Source: Setoptus koraiensis (Eukaryota > Animalia > Arthropoda). From it: a DNA stretch of 64,000 bases. Below the pieces are notes generated by a model. The model made no database searches, had not been told where the DNA came from, and saw only the letters and a list, made by a program, of their open reading frames with translations. Positions within the stretch are counted from its first letter, which is position 1. Each line of letters opens with the position of its first letter. The stretch covers positions 4,464,001 through 4,528,000 of the forward strand of contig CM106586.1 of NCBI GenBank assembly GCA_048013815.1. Direction: 5' to 3'. Position numbers and translations under genes: made by a program. Positions 27,581 through 41,700 of the stretch are shown in pieces.

Positions 27581-27642
27581 GGCGACCGGTCAGTGGCGAC
27601 CGGCCAACGGCGACCGGTCAGTGGCGACCGGCCAATGGCGAC
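27581..27642. repeat. Higher-order repeat: 28-nt unit of two 14-mers, x2
   Basis: GGCGACCGGTCAGT / GGCGACCGGCCAA(C/T) alternate. Confidence 0.88.
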
Positions 27643-30600
27643 GGGGCGCATAGAGTCAAGCTTGTTACGTAACTGTTCAGTGTGACTGTTCAATGCAACT
27701 GTCCCGTGTAACTGTTCGGTGTGGCCGCTGTTGTGACGGGCACACCCGAGACAACGACAGCAGCGGATACACGCCTGTCACAGGACAACAATGAGATTTG
27801 CTTGCAGCGAGCGACAACAACGGCAAAGGTTTGATTAGTGTCTTGTCGTGCAACGTCGTCGAGCTTCTATTACCGTTATTCTTGTGTTGGCACTGGCCAG
27901 GTATTATCTGCTTAGCGAGTGGGGCCCCTCTTTAGTGGCCCACAAACAAACACAACACGGTCCGTTGGACGTGACCCTCGGCCGTGGCTGCAGCTCGCTC
28001 ACATTGATGGCCGGTTTGTAGGGCGGTTTGCACGAGCAGCGGGCTAGACAACAAAATTTGTGTTTAGGTGTTGCGCTTAGTGCTTATTAGCGGCGGCGGC
28101 GCCTCATTCCTCATCTGCTAACCTTTATCCGTCGTTGCTTACACGTTTTCCGTCACGCGCTGTCCAGCACGCGCCCTCCAGCAGGCGGCCCGTTATCCGA
28201 TCACGGGCGCCTTGCCATTAGTGATGGGGGGCTCGTGCCTTGTTTGTATGGGGCCTATTTAATGCCTATTTACAGCAACAGCACATAACCCGCTGTGCAG
28301 TGTGACCAGCATGCCCACTGCCTGATAGATACGTGATTTGTGTGCCGGCCCTCAGAGATTACGGGTCTTAATTATTGTCATCGTGTGACATTGATCAATA
28401 ATGAATGAATCTCGCTGCCACTTAATCGACGGCCAATTGGCAGCTGACCAATCGGCCGCGTTTTGTGTGCACGTTGGTGCGCCGGGTTGGCTTGGCTAGC
28501 TTGGCTGGTTTGGTTGGTAGTGTAGGCGTGTGTGTGTGTGTGTGTGTGTGTGTCTGCAACATATTGTTTCAAACTGACCATTACAGGTATTATTGCCAAA
28601 TTTAAGCTCTAATGACACCGGTAATGGTGGCCGCGTTATAAATCACTTGGCTCGTTTATCGTTTACACATTACGCAAAGATGGCCAAACACAACGACACA
28701 ATGTGTACATACAGGTATAATGCGATGATACATCTAACATTGATGCTCACCTCAACAGTGGCCGCTTGTTAACAGTTACTAACAGTTACACTGCTCACTA
28801 CTGCTTACTAACAGCTCAGTATGCACAGGTGAACGACGCCACGAGGCACGTTCCGGTGTGTCGTGGCGTTGCTAAGCTGTCTTGTCGCCGTTAGTTGTGC
28901 CACTGACCAACGACATAACGGTGCATTAAGCGCGGTCAGTGGCGTGTGGGTGGCATATTATTGGCATCTAGTGAATGCGTTTGAATGTGTTTGTTTGTGG
29001 CCAGCCACTGTTGGTGATAAATGCAAGACGATGCACATCATGAGGCCCTCCAATCATTAGACTCTAATGATTAGAGTGTAATGGCTGCACCAGTTAGCAC
29101 GGCCGACTGGCTCCGTTGGCCGTAAACCTCAACTGTAAACCTGCTGGGGCCTCAATAACTGTCGGCCCGCTGATTAGCCCGCTAATCAGCGTCACAAGTA
29201 GCGAGTCAGTGCTGCCAAACAAACAAGTAATGCCAAATAAACTTAATGCACTGTGGCAATATTATCATAATTGGCTAACTGTGCCTTGCCACGTGTAACG
29301 TGTGGCGTGATTGATGAGCGTTGCCTAAATCTATTGCCGGCCATCTCGAATTCAGACATAAGTGTCCAGCAGTGTCTGTATGGGTCCCGAGCGGGCAATA
29401 CCCATGCTTGCTTGCTTGCTCCGCTTTTGGGGCCCGCTCGGCTAACTCAACCGGCCAGCTTGTTTCTTATTCAGTGCTAAGTGACCATATCGTGCAAATC
29501 ACCATTCACTCACCATTCACTGGCGTTACTTTGAATTGAAACATTACTGAACATTATGGAAGTGGCCTCCATTGCGGCGCCGTCACCAGTGTCATCAGTT
29601 GCAGCCGTGTACCCGATTGTTGGCCGGTGCAATTGTTGGTGGGTGCAATTGTTTGTCGGAGCAAGCCGGTCAGCAGTGGTCAGAGGTAGTCAGAGGGCCG
29701 AAAGTATCGGCGAGAGTCATTTTCAAGGTAACTCAATTGCGTTGCGCTCTCAATTGTCAGTGTTGAGCGCAGAGTGCAAAGTCAAAATTAATTAATTAAC
29801 CATGCAGCAGGACCATACATGTACATGGTTTGCGTTGCGTCGATCAGACCATACCTATTATATCATTAGCGCCACTGGCTATTTGTCTAGTGGCCACTGG
29901 CCACTGGCCACTGCAAGTTGGCTAGTGTGTGTATCTATTACGCTGGTTGCTTTTGTTTGCGGTGTCTGGAATTTATCACGAAGAGCGCGCCACTTGAGTT
30001 GAGCTCACTTGATTAGTTAACTGACCAGCGATTGTTGCAGCTAACATAGGGTCAGATGATTATAACATCATTATGCGCTTATAATGGCCATAACATAGCT
30101 GTCTAGCGACAATTTAACTGGACCACTAAAGGTAGCTGGCGAGCCTCAATAACGGTTCAATGACGTCGACAACAGATGGCCGCCTTTTCATTGCAGATAA
30201 TCATTGATCCGTCCATTGATAACGCGCCCAAGCCAAGCCAAGCTACGCCAACCCCGACCAACACCAACAATTTGTATTTCGTTTTTGCGTGACCCTCGTA
30301 ACAAATGCGTAACAAATTACTATTGACGCTGCTATCAGCACATTTTGTTCCACAGGAGCCCCCCCCCCCAATCCCCCTTGCCTCGCCACTCAGTATGTAG
30401 CGCGTGCCACACAGTTACAGTTACTGTTACATAATGGTTATATGATTATGTAATACACTTGTCTAGTTGTCCAACTGTCTAGCGTACAGCTGAGATGATG
30501 ATAGCGCCACACAGATTCACCACACAATTGCCTTCTATATTTCTTTCTTTCCCCCGCCCCCCCGCTCGCCCGGTCCCTGTCTTTGCCCCTGGCGGTGCCA

Positions 30601-31186
30601 TTCGGGCCCCTCAATCACCTTTGTGAAAATCAGCACACACAAACACGGTTGGACGGTGTGCGAATGCGTAGTCGCCTCTCTCTCTCTCTCTTCACTCATC
30701 CTTTGCCTCCGCCCGCGCTCGCTCGCTGACCAATAAGATTGCGTAAGCCTGCGTTCGCTTATCTTATTCGCCAGTCAGTGCGACACACGAAAGCCATTTC
30801 GAATCAGCCAACCAAGATACATAACGGCACTAACAATAACGGCCAGCAACTAATAAAGAGCTCAACTTGCGCACGCCAATAAATAACCAAAGCGACCATA
30901 CTGATTAGGATTTAATGTAACCAGCACAGCAAACTGACCAACGCTACTCTCCCTCTGGCACACAAACACTAGCAAGCAAACAAACAAACAGACAGGTAAA
31001 GAGCAAACATTGTTGACCAGTCGGCGACAAGTCAGCCAGCGACAATACGCGTCAACGTTGGACTCGTATGTTGTTAACTAGTTACCGCACAGTTATACGA
31101 GTCATACGACAGTTTGAATGACAAATAGAAAAGCGAGCGATAGGGAGAGAGTGAAAAGAATAGATCAATTGAGCAACATTTGATAA

Positions 31187-32578
31187 TTGATGGCCACTCA
31201 CAACATGATGCAGCAACACCCATCGACATCTAGTGCGGCTGCTGGTTTCGGCGTGTGGCCCAAGCAAAATCAGCACCAACAAAAACACAAACAACGACAA
31301 CAACATTACCAGCAACTACAACACACGGGCCCCAGCAAACAAATCTGTCTAATGTTATCCGGTGTTGTTGTTGCAATTTTTAGTGTTATAATCGTCAAAT
31401 CGACAACAATTGCAGCCGCGGCAACAGCACCCGCCGCGCACACAATTCCTCAATCTTCGTCATCATCGTCGTCGTCGTCGTCGTCTGCCCCGTCGGAGCA
31501 CAACACTAATGGTAGAGACGCTAGCACAATTGTCAAGAATGCAAGTGACTCAATTCCGGTGTCGATACTGGACGCCGGACTCAACAACTATCAACAACAA
31601 GATGATACCGATAATAGATACGCGTCGATTTATTCTCCCTACAACGGTTATGGAGCGGCCGATGGAGCTGCCATCAGGCGTCAGTTGATGAACAACAACA
31701 ACGACCAACGACTTAACGAGCTATTTTATCAGCAGCAGCAACAACAACAGCAACAACAGGACGGACTTAGATTGTTGAACAGATTGACCGGCTATATGCC
31801 TGTGGTGCATTCACAAAAAAGACACAGAACGTCGATCGACGACGACAGTGATTCTAACAATTTGGAACAAGAACAAGACTCGCAACAGGACATGCAGGCT
31901 AGATATGCGACAGTTGTGGCACAACCAGTTATATATCACACAAAAGCAACAAGCGATAGCCACAACAACAATAACAACAACAACAGATTTAATGATCGCC
32001 ACACAACCAGCGATCAATTAGCTGCACTGTTGGACCAAGATCAGGGCTCCTATAGCGACGCCATCGATGCTCTAGTGTTGGCCGCGGCCAGCCAAGCAAA
32101 TCAACAATTGCAAAATGAACAAAACAACAACGATCTTGACAACTCAATCCTGTTACCACCGGAAGTGGCGCCAATTATGCAATGGAACAATAACAACAAC
32201 AACAACAATAGATATGATGGGCACCATTCTAGCATCTCAAATAAGAGGGCGCCTTCCGCTTATGGGCTGGGCATGGGCAAGGCCGCAAATCAATTGATGC
32301 GATACGGCGATGCACCAACGGCTGCCACCAGTCCGGTGGGCAAGCGACCCGCCGGTCACCGTTACGATTTTGGTCTTGGCAAGCGAGCGGGGGTGAGTGA
32401 AGCTTATACGGCTCATTGTTTCTAATAGGCACATACCATACTTATATATGTTACCTTACTTATATCTGACTCTATTTGCTGTTCGTCAACCCGACAGGCT
32501 TACCAGAGATACGACTTTGGTCTGGGCAAACGTGTACCTACGGCAAAGGTTAGGTACGATTTCGGCCTTGGAAAATGA
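31187..32578 (+). CDS. AstA: Allatostatin A (FGL-amide) precursor, 2 exons (31187-32392, 32498-32578), 428 aa
   Basis: GTGAGT donor at 32393 and CAG acceptor at 32495-97 join in phase 0, giving ...RYDFGLGKRAG|AYQRYDFGLGKRVPTAKVRYDFGLGK*. Three Y-x-F-G-L-G-K(R) peptides plus one variant; hydrophobic signal/anchor at residues ~53-77. Confidence 0.92.
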
Positions 32579-33743
32579 TCTACACCATACTAATGGACAC
32601 ACTAAAACACACACACGTACACATACACATAGGGACGGACAGGCAAATACACGTGGACACATTGATATCGAATACTGTCTAGACTTTCGAGGAAGTGAGT
32701 TTGTTGACCCATTTGTGTGTTGCACTAACGACAATTGAATCGAGGACAGGAAGCGACAGGGAGAGAGAGGGAGCGATATATAGAGAGAGAGACCGCTATC
32801 CCTTATCTGGAGGCTGAATAGGAATGTAAAACTCGCAAATTATCATTCAAACATTCTCGTTCAATGGATGCTTCAGTTGATTACTATCATTTGTGTCATT
32901 ATAAAAATGTAGATAAAAGGTTGTATAAGGTGTTTTGAAGGAATTGATGGAACGAATGGTGGGATATCGAAACTTGAGCAGGTAACACTATTATATACAT
33001 TGGATACACATGACCCCCGTTGATGATTTGAATCAATCTTATCTTAGCTTCGCGCACGACAACAATAAGTGACCATCAGACAATGCACCCCATACCAACA
33101 AATACACTTGCTACGCAGTGATGTTTAATTATTGATTATTAATTAATTTATATTCGATTCGAATGACACACGATACAAGGAACAAAACAATATGTTTTAA
33201 AACACACACACACATACATTCGCATGGACACAATATCGACATAATGATGACACAACCCTTGAACAATGGCACCCACCCGAGTGGCAGCTAGTATGGAGCT
33301 TGCACTTTTTGGTAGCACCTAAACAACAAAACGCAACATGTTGATGTAACAAAAGTTAGATATATTATAACAAAAACAATAATCCATTGATAATCATGTA
33401 TGGAAAACTGATTAAGACGGCGGTTTTGATATGAACAAACAACAATTGACTCGACAACCACAATAACAACTCACTAGCATATCCTTATGCAAGACTAACG
33501 CTAATTATTACATAACCGAGTATATAAGCAGTAAAGTACATATGTGAACGAAAAGAGGCTCATTCTCGCTTCACAGTCATTCGCTGGCACGTGTTGATTG
33601 ATCTATTGATTTTTTCTTCTTCGAGTACGTCCTCGATCGTTTTTCGGAAATCGCAACATTCCAATTCGTTTGGGTGACAGGACGCAAAACCATGAAAATA
33701 TATATTATTATTCACATTTGCATGTAATCATAAGTAAATTGGA

Positions 33744-34657
<914 letters not shown>

Positions 34658-34740
34658 TTGTCGTTTAACAATACAAAATTAATATAAAATAAATCACATG
34701 TACGTAATGTAGTGAGAAATCTTTTGAATGTTAATTGCTT

Positions 34741-34777
34741 TCCCGGAGTGTTACAAACATACTGTAACACTCCGGGA
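34741..34777. other. Perfect 15-bp inverted repeat with a 7-nt loop
   Basis: TCCCGGAGTGTTACA-aacatac-TGTAACACTCCGGGA. Confidence 0.9.
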
Positions 34778-34935
34778 CGATAAGAGAGCGCGTGTTCCAT
34801 GCGCAGAACCGAGCGCGAATTTGAAACGAACAGAACATCTGCCCCTCGGCATCACAAATGACGATTCCGCGCATAGGGGGAAAAGAAGCGCTCTTCTTAC
34901 CCCCTTGAGCGATCATTTATTGCCGCGATTGTAAG

Positions 34936-34938
<3 letters not shown>

Positions 34939-34968
<30 letters not shown>
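34939..34968. repeat. (GT)15 microsatellite
   Basis: Direct reading. Confidence 0.9.
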
Positions 34969-34971
<3 letters not shown>

Positions 34972-36322
34972 GCGGCAGGGTGTCGCGGTGCGGTGAGCGA
35001 GGCAGCGTTACGAGCGCGGCGCTACGACTCGTAAGTTACGAGTGCCTGAGCGAGCTCGGCTTTGCGTTGAGGCACACACACACAAAGGATCGAACTTTTT
35101 GCTGCAATTAATTCGATCGCGTACAGTTAGCGGCAAACGGCGCACACGGCAACATTTGCACTCACAACTCGAGTCACAAGTGAGCGAGCGAGTATCTCGC
35201 GCGCCAACGACGACATAACTACCACAGTGCACGGTGCATGGTGCAAGTCACAACAAAGAGACTCACGGCGACCACCACCAATTGCAGCGCCACCGCAACA
35301 TCGACAATACTGTAATATCGACAATACTGTAATATCGACAATACTGTAATAGTGATAATACTGCAATATTAATAATACGGCAACATTAACAACAACTATT
35401 ATTATCGCCATTATCATCACTAGCGGAATTATAATTAATCATTGCTATTATTATTAATTCAGTGATCGCACACCGACACACAGACACACAATAATTGGCA
35501 TCGCGGTAGACATAGATTCGTGTCACATAGGCACAAACAAAGGAACTAATGATAGAGGACAGCCGCGGCAACTTGTTGGCAAGCCAAAATCAGCAAGCCA
35601 CTAGCAGCATAATTGTGTGAGCCAGTATTCACAGCAAGTAGCTAGTGTGACTAATCACCATCGTCCGATTATTGCCACCACTATCAACAGAAACATAAGC
35701 TGTTGCTGTTGCTGCTGCGCATCAACAACCACCACTACCACATCAGACAAACACTCAACAAGTGAAACTAGCTCGCTAACTATTGCAGCTTATTTCAGTT
35801 CATAAGCTTGTCAGCTGGTAGTGGCGCCGCCGCCGCTGCTGCTGCAACCGCTGTCGCTGTAACCGCAACCGCCGCTAACGCTGCAGTAACAACAACATCA
35901 AGCGCGAGACGACACACACAGCGAGAGGGAGAGGAGAGGCAGAAACTTGATACGTTTATACTGCAACTACGCATACGAGCAGCATAAAGTCGCACCACCA
36001 TTATATCACATTCAATACATCAACGTATAATTCAATCATTGATGATCGGCCCAACTAGCTAACTGGCTTTTTCGTGTCCTATGCGAGCATTGCTGTTACA
36101 ACAACATCCACAACAACATCCACAGCAACAACCACGACAACATTCACCACAACAACGGCATCAGCAACATCAGACATTCGAACGAGACTGCCTGATTCAC
36201 GGCGAGCGGGTGTGTATTTATATCCGACTGCAACGCAAGATAGGGGCCCTCCTAACGTAAACACCAACAATAAGTAATATCAACATTCAGTCAGATGCGA
36301 ACGTAACAAGAATCAACAAGAA

Positions 36323-38716
36323 ATGACGAAATATGAACAAAATTGTCAAGACACAACAATCAACAACAGCAGCGAGAGCACTGTTCTGTCGCATAATGAT
36401 ACCTCGTCATCTTCAGCCTCGTCGTCGTCGCCCTCGTCGTCGTCGTCGTCGTCTTCGGGCTCGTCATGTGCAACATCCAAGTCGTCAGCTCCGTCATCTT
36501 TATCAGTGTTAATGAAACAACAACTGCAAGCCACCGATCGCAACACCAAAATCGATGAGAACAAAAAGAAACAACATCAACAACAAGAAGCCAGAGATAA
36601 CAACAACACCACCAACGCACACAGCGAACAACATGGCGAGCCCATTGATGTGGACGATTTAACTCTTTCCAATGTCAAATCAACTAATGATATATCATAC
36701 ATTCACACTAATGATATGTCATCACCATTAAATTGTGGCAACAGAGATAAACAAACTCAGCCTATGATTGAAAGTACAGAAGACACTATAATGATATTGA
36801 AGCAACTTATGGATAAGCGCATCGAGCTTAAGCGACTAGATAAGTTGGTCTTCAATCTCATAACAAAACATCTGATGAAAATAACATCAACTTCCAATGC
36901 ATTATCTATTAATTATGGGTCACCCATGGTGGACCGTCATTCTCAACCTATCATCAATAATGATTACAAATCATCATCTGGGGACATCTCAACATCATCA
37001 GCCAGCAATCTAAGCATGTCTGAAAATCCGTCATTGATTGATTTAACTTCTGCCTCAAGTCGTCACCCGTCGTGCAGAATATCACCGAAAAATAATACGA
37101 CCGCCATCTCTGATGAAAGTGCGTCACAAAACAACACCAATAATAACCATCTCAATAAATATCTCGTCTCATCACTGGATGATGATAATCTCCTATCAGC
37201 TAGACAGAGATTATTGCATAAAATTCACTTAGCTAATTACGATGGTATGTCGAACAGCGATGCTTTGAAGTTAACAGGCAGCATCTATGGTCAGAGCGAA
37301 GAATTTATTGACAAGTCATTGATCAATTCGATAAAAAGTGAATCATCGAAATCTATTGATGATTGTTCATCGATGACAGGATTGAATCTTAAAACAACCA
37401 ACAATACGTGTAACACTATGGATCATATTAACCAGTCCATATCGCTTCTTCAGGATATGCATAATTCAACTCATCTAACATCATCACATTTGGCCTCAAC
37501 CTCGTTTAGTTTGCAAGCTATGGCGAGTTTACATAATTCTCATTACCTTAATGCATTGAGCAGCAACACGAGCAGCAATAATAACAATCATAATTCATTG
37601 GATTTGCTTAACAAACAAAACCATGTTAATAATTTAGCCAGTGCTACTCCTAACAATGATTTTTGTTTAAATTATTCTAGTCATGATAGAGAACAGAGTT
37701 TTCACGAATCACCTTACCAGCAGCAGCAGCAACAACAACAGATCGACAATATCTCAATTGGAGTGAGCGATTTGGATCACAACAGCAACGGAAGAATGTC
37801 CTCCTTGATCCAGAATCATCACCACGGCGAAAGCTTACTAAGGCCGCCAATAAATAAAAAATTCCGGACCTCTTTTGGTGAGCTATCGTCAAAATCAACT
37901 TCCCCTAACAATTCAGACGGTATAATTCAAAAGAGTGCTAACTATTTGTATGAGCGCGGATCTTTAGATTATCATCAGCATCGATCTACACATTACAATC
38001 ATCAAGATTTAGATTTGACTCAAAAATATTGTCATCAAAAGTCATTTCAGCAATTACAATTGCAGAATCCTACCATGTTAGTGACAGCAGATGCAATATC
38101 GCCACCATCTCAAACAACCTCATCATCATCATTGTTGGCGTACAAACCGCAACAACATAGCCAGTTAAACTATCAAAATGATTTTACAAATTCATTATCT
38201 TCCGATCATAATAACGATAATGTTATTAGATCCAACTGTAACATTGTTGTCGAGAATGGCATTAACAATATAAATGGCTCTTGTCGTCTAGTTTGTCATG
38301 TTTGTGGTAGTGGCTTTGAGGATAGACACCGTTTACAACAGCATCTATCTATACATTTACAATTGAAACCGGAATGGTATTCGGAATCTACAATAAAAGA
38401 GACTATGGCTCAGTATGAGGCTAAAAGGGGTGATTATCTATGTGGCCAATGCGATGTTAGATTTGACACTACGGCGGAATTTGATAGACACATGCAATTG
38501 CATGGTGATAAGCCACACAGGTGTGAGTTATGCTTCCATGACAATAGTTTCCGTTATTGGCGTCAATATTTGACACACTTTCGCAACCATTGTTTTGTTT
38601 ACCATTGCAGATTTGTCAAGGGATGTAATCATCAATGTAATCGTCGCGATTATCTAAAATCGCACATATTGAAGCATCACTTAGACAATAGGCTACCTGA
38701 GCAGTATACTGGCTAG
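36323..38716 (+). CDS. C2H2 zinc-finger transcription factor, 797 aa, four C-terminal fingers after a long S/N/Q/H-rich region
   Basis: CHVC..HLSIH; CGQC..HMQLH; GDKPHR linker; CELC..HFRNH; CRFVKGC..HILKHH. An upstream exon via the CAG at 36288-90 cannot be excluded. Confidence 0.9.
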   Translation: MTKYEQNCQDTTINNSSESTVLSHNDTSSSSASSSSPSSSSSSSSGSSCATSKSSAPSSLSVLMKQQLQATDRNTKIDENKKKQHQQQEARDNNNTTNAHSEQHGEPIDVDDLTLSNVKSTNDISYIHTNDMSSPLNCGNRDKQTQPMIESTEDTIMILKQLMDKRIELKRLDKLVFNLITKHLMKITSTSNALSINYGSPMVDRHSQPIINNDYKSSSGDISTSSASNLSMSENPSLIDLTSASSRHPSCRISPKNNTTAISDESASQNNTNNNHLNKYLVSSLDDDNLLSARQRLLHKIHLANYDGMSNSDALKLTGSIYGQSEEFIDKSLINSIKSESSKSIDDCSSMTGLNLKTTNNTCNTMDHINQSISLLQDMHNSTHLTSSHLASTSFSLQAMASLHNSHYLNALSSNTSSNNNNHNSLDLLNKQNHVNNLASATPNNDFCLNYSSHDREQSFHESPYQQQQQQQQIDNISIGVSDLDHNSNGRMSSLIQNHHHGESLLRPPINKKFRTSFGELSSKSTSPNNSDGIIQKSANYLYERGSLDYHQHRSTHYNHQDLDLTQKYCHQKSFQQLQLQNPTMLVTADAISPPSQTTSSSSLLAYKPQQHSQLNYQNDFTNSLSSDHNNDNVIRSNCNIVVENGINNINGSCRLVCHVCGSGFEDRHRLQQHLSIHLQLKPEWYSESTIKETMAQYEAKRGDYLCGQCDVRFDTTAEFDRHMQLHGDKPHRCELCFHDNSFRYWRQYLTHFRNHCFVYHCRFVKGCNHQCNRRDYLKSHILKHHLDNRLPEQYTG

Positions 38717-41700
38717 TGGTGTGGCTGATAATGATTCATATCAACATAACTAGCATATACTAGCATTCAATACTCCAATCTGTAATAATAGTTGAATATG
38801 TATACAGAAAATAAAGAACAAATACATGTTAACCAATATACAATATGCAACTTTTTTTATTCTCTCACAAGATTTGTCAGTCACAAAATCGACAGATGAC
38901 TTGACTTGACGAAGGGAGATCGTAGGCCAATTCTTAGTTGCGAATTTCCTTTTTCTCTGTCTGCGTTTTTGCTTTCTGACGATATCGTGTATGAACATGT
39001 GCGTCATCAACGTTTTAAGCACAATATTCATCTCTTACCAAGATCATCAACGCCAGCTATGCATCCTTGTATGTTTTGGGTCATGTTGACCGGAAATGTT
39101 CAAGCCTGAACCGAGACTTACCACTATTTCAAATGAGTTTTCCTCTGGTCGAATGAGCTTGGATAACACTTTAAAAATTATAACGCATGTGCACAAGTGG
39201 AATGTCAGTGTTCGATAAAGATCTAATTCTGGCCAGGAAGGAGGGGGTGTCTGGTTATGTTTGCTTAAAAGAATTCTACTTTTTTTGTCGTTATTCCATC
39301 GTTACATAAACTTGAAAAAGCGGACGCTTGTGTCGGGCCATTGGGAGGTGAAGTAGCCCCCTCCCCCCCCCCGTAGCCGGGCGAAGACCTCCTGAACATT
39401 AATAGTAGCTTGTTGGTATTGTTGCACAAGTACAGAGGGATTCATGACAGGGAAATTATGACATAACAACGATAAAAATGACTCCCACTCGCTGTTGTTG
39501 CAGCCGTGAATACAGAGACCAACATAGAGTTTACTTATAAAGCAACACAAAACAACAACAAAAAAAGAGCTGCAAGTGTGCATTTGCTGACACTTGAACG
39601 GACACTCATCACTGTCGGACATTGCACAATAAAACAAAACATTGTAGCAATACTGTGAATGCGTTGGCCAACACGGCAAACACGGCAAACGCGGCGATAG
39701 CCAGTAACGCACATCCAATGGCAAATAACAGGTAACACAGAAATAATAGTATGATAACACAAGCAGGCTGCGGATGCTTTGTCAACTTCCGGTGTGGGCG
39801 AAAACGGATACGCGACGCACGGTGCATACGGTGCATAGGGTGGTGTGAATGGGGTGGGTGCAATATGCGAGCAGTATGTTTGCAACGACAAATGGCGCAT
39901 ACATCATGCATGTGTGAGCCAACTGTATGGGTGCCGCTGCTGACATTGCCAGCTCTAACGGTTGACAGTAAATAAGAATAGGTGAGATGAAGCTGCTAGA
40001 GCGTTGTCGTTAGTTTGCAAAACACGAAATACACTCTTGTTTACGTATACTCTTGTACTACTTTCTTTGTATGACGTAAGGCATGAGGATTGTCTGTCGC
40101 AAGCCGATTGCCAGTTAGCTTGTTGTGCGCAATCCAATCGTTTGTGTCGGGAGTGCAAAGGTGAGTGCTCAATTTGAATACTGTGCGTTGTACAAATGGA
40201 TTATATAATACTCAAAAACGCACAGAGTGATTGAGAGTTTGCTTTTGTTTACTTTGGGTCGTTTCATTGGCTCCAATGGCCAATGAAAGCCGCAGCAGTG
40301 ACATGTGTGTTACGTGGCAACAAGTGACAATAGCGCAGCCTTATCTAGCAACTATCTGAGCGACCAAATTGTGAGCGACCACAGTGCGCCATTTGTTTCT
40401 GGCAGAGTTAGGCCACTCGAAATATCATCATCATTAATTGTTGTTGTAATAGTGAACTATTGCCGAAACTAGTTCCGCAAGAGAGGCACCATTTGCTGAG
40501 TGTGTGTGTGTGTCGTCAATTGAGAGTTGTGAGCCTCATTTGATCACTGGCACTCGAACTCGCTCTCCCTTTGCCAGTTAGCGAGCGAGCGAGAGAGAGA
40601 GAGAGACAACTCTCAATGCTAAACAGGCCCAACCAAACAGATCGTCATTGGCAGTCGTCAGTTATCGTGAGTTTCATCGCAAGAGGAGAGGATTGCGTGT
40701 AACAACATGAGGCTAGACACTAAATTATAACTGTGTACGACTGTCTCTTATATAATATAACTGTTTGACTTGGCCAATGGTGACTGCTATATATCAACTG
40801 ATGAAGCTTGTTAGAGCCTCCGTCTAACTAACATGTCTAGCGTGGCTGGCCGCGCCATGGCAGCGTGCGATCTATATAATATAATATATAATAACAGCAG
40901 CAGCAGTCTAGTCAAATACACAAATAGAGTACTGACAGTGTACACTGTAAATGCGCCTTACATAAGCGACTGTGCAGCGGGCAGGGCCGGCAAGATTGCG
41001 CAACAACAACAGTTTCACACATACAAACCGAATATATATTATATAATCTCTCGCAAGCCACAGTGAGTGAGTGTTGCAAGCCACAGTGAGTCACTCTCAC
41101 AAGCAACACAAGCCGTTGATGACAACTATCAGGCTGATAGTATCAGGCTGATAGTATCAGGCTAATAGTATCAGGCTGATGGTATGAGGCGGCAACAAAT
41201 ATGACGCCAACAACACACAGCGCTGACAACAGTGAAACCGCAGTGCATATGCCTGCGTGTGACATATGGCCGATGGCAGTGGAATTATAAACTGGCATCC
41301 GAACAGGAGATTGAGTGAGGTGATGCTCTCTGTCTCTCTCGCTGTCTGTCTTAATCCTTTTGCGCGCACACACACACAATTATCTCAATTTTACACTCAC
41401 AACTCAAGAGATACTAAACCCCTTTAATTGTGTTGTTGTGTAACATCATAAAATGTGTGTTATATGATCACTTCACTTGACACAGCCAGCCAGACAGAGC
41501 CAGCCAGACAGAGTTAGACGCACACAGACAGGAAAAGAGTCGTCTTATTTATCTTGGTGCTGCCACTAATCGTTTGTCAGCCGCGCTGCTCTCGTTGAGC
41601 CTTTGTTTACTGTTAGTAAGCGGCACAGCGACAAGCTGTTGCGAACGCCAACACAGGCAAGCGGAAGTGGCGGCCTCACAGTGAGCTGAGTTATGAGCTT

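Noticed and set aside
1400-31000. Dozens of ORF-track ORFs (poly-C/L/V/Q/T, 60-200 aa)
   Set aside because: Built from CAA/TTG microsatellites and short tandem duplications, often overlapping on both strands, many with TTG/GTG starts; no domains.
33550-33700. Minus-strand protein-like text ELECCDFRKTIEDVLEEEKIN next to the ARL2 relic
   Set aside because: Could be a third captured fragment, but I cannot assign it.
34741-34826. Helitron 3' end, pre-miRNA, or E2F-CHR element
   Set aside because: No CTRR at the expected distance on either strand; stem too short for a pre-miRNA; GCGCG-TTTGAA spacing is not canonical.
38750-39520. High-complexity island after the ZF gene with open frames
   Set aside because: No recognisable homology in six frames by eye.
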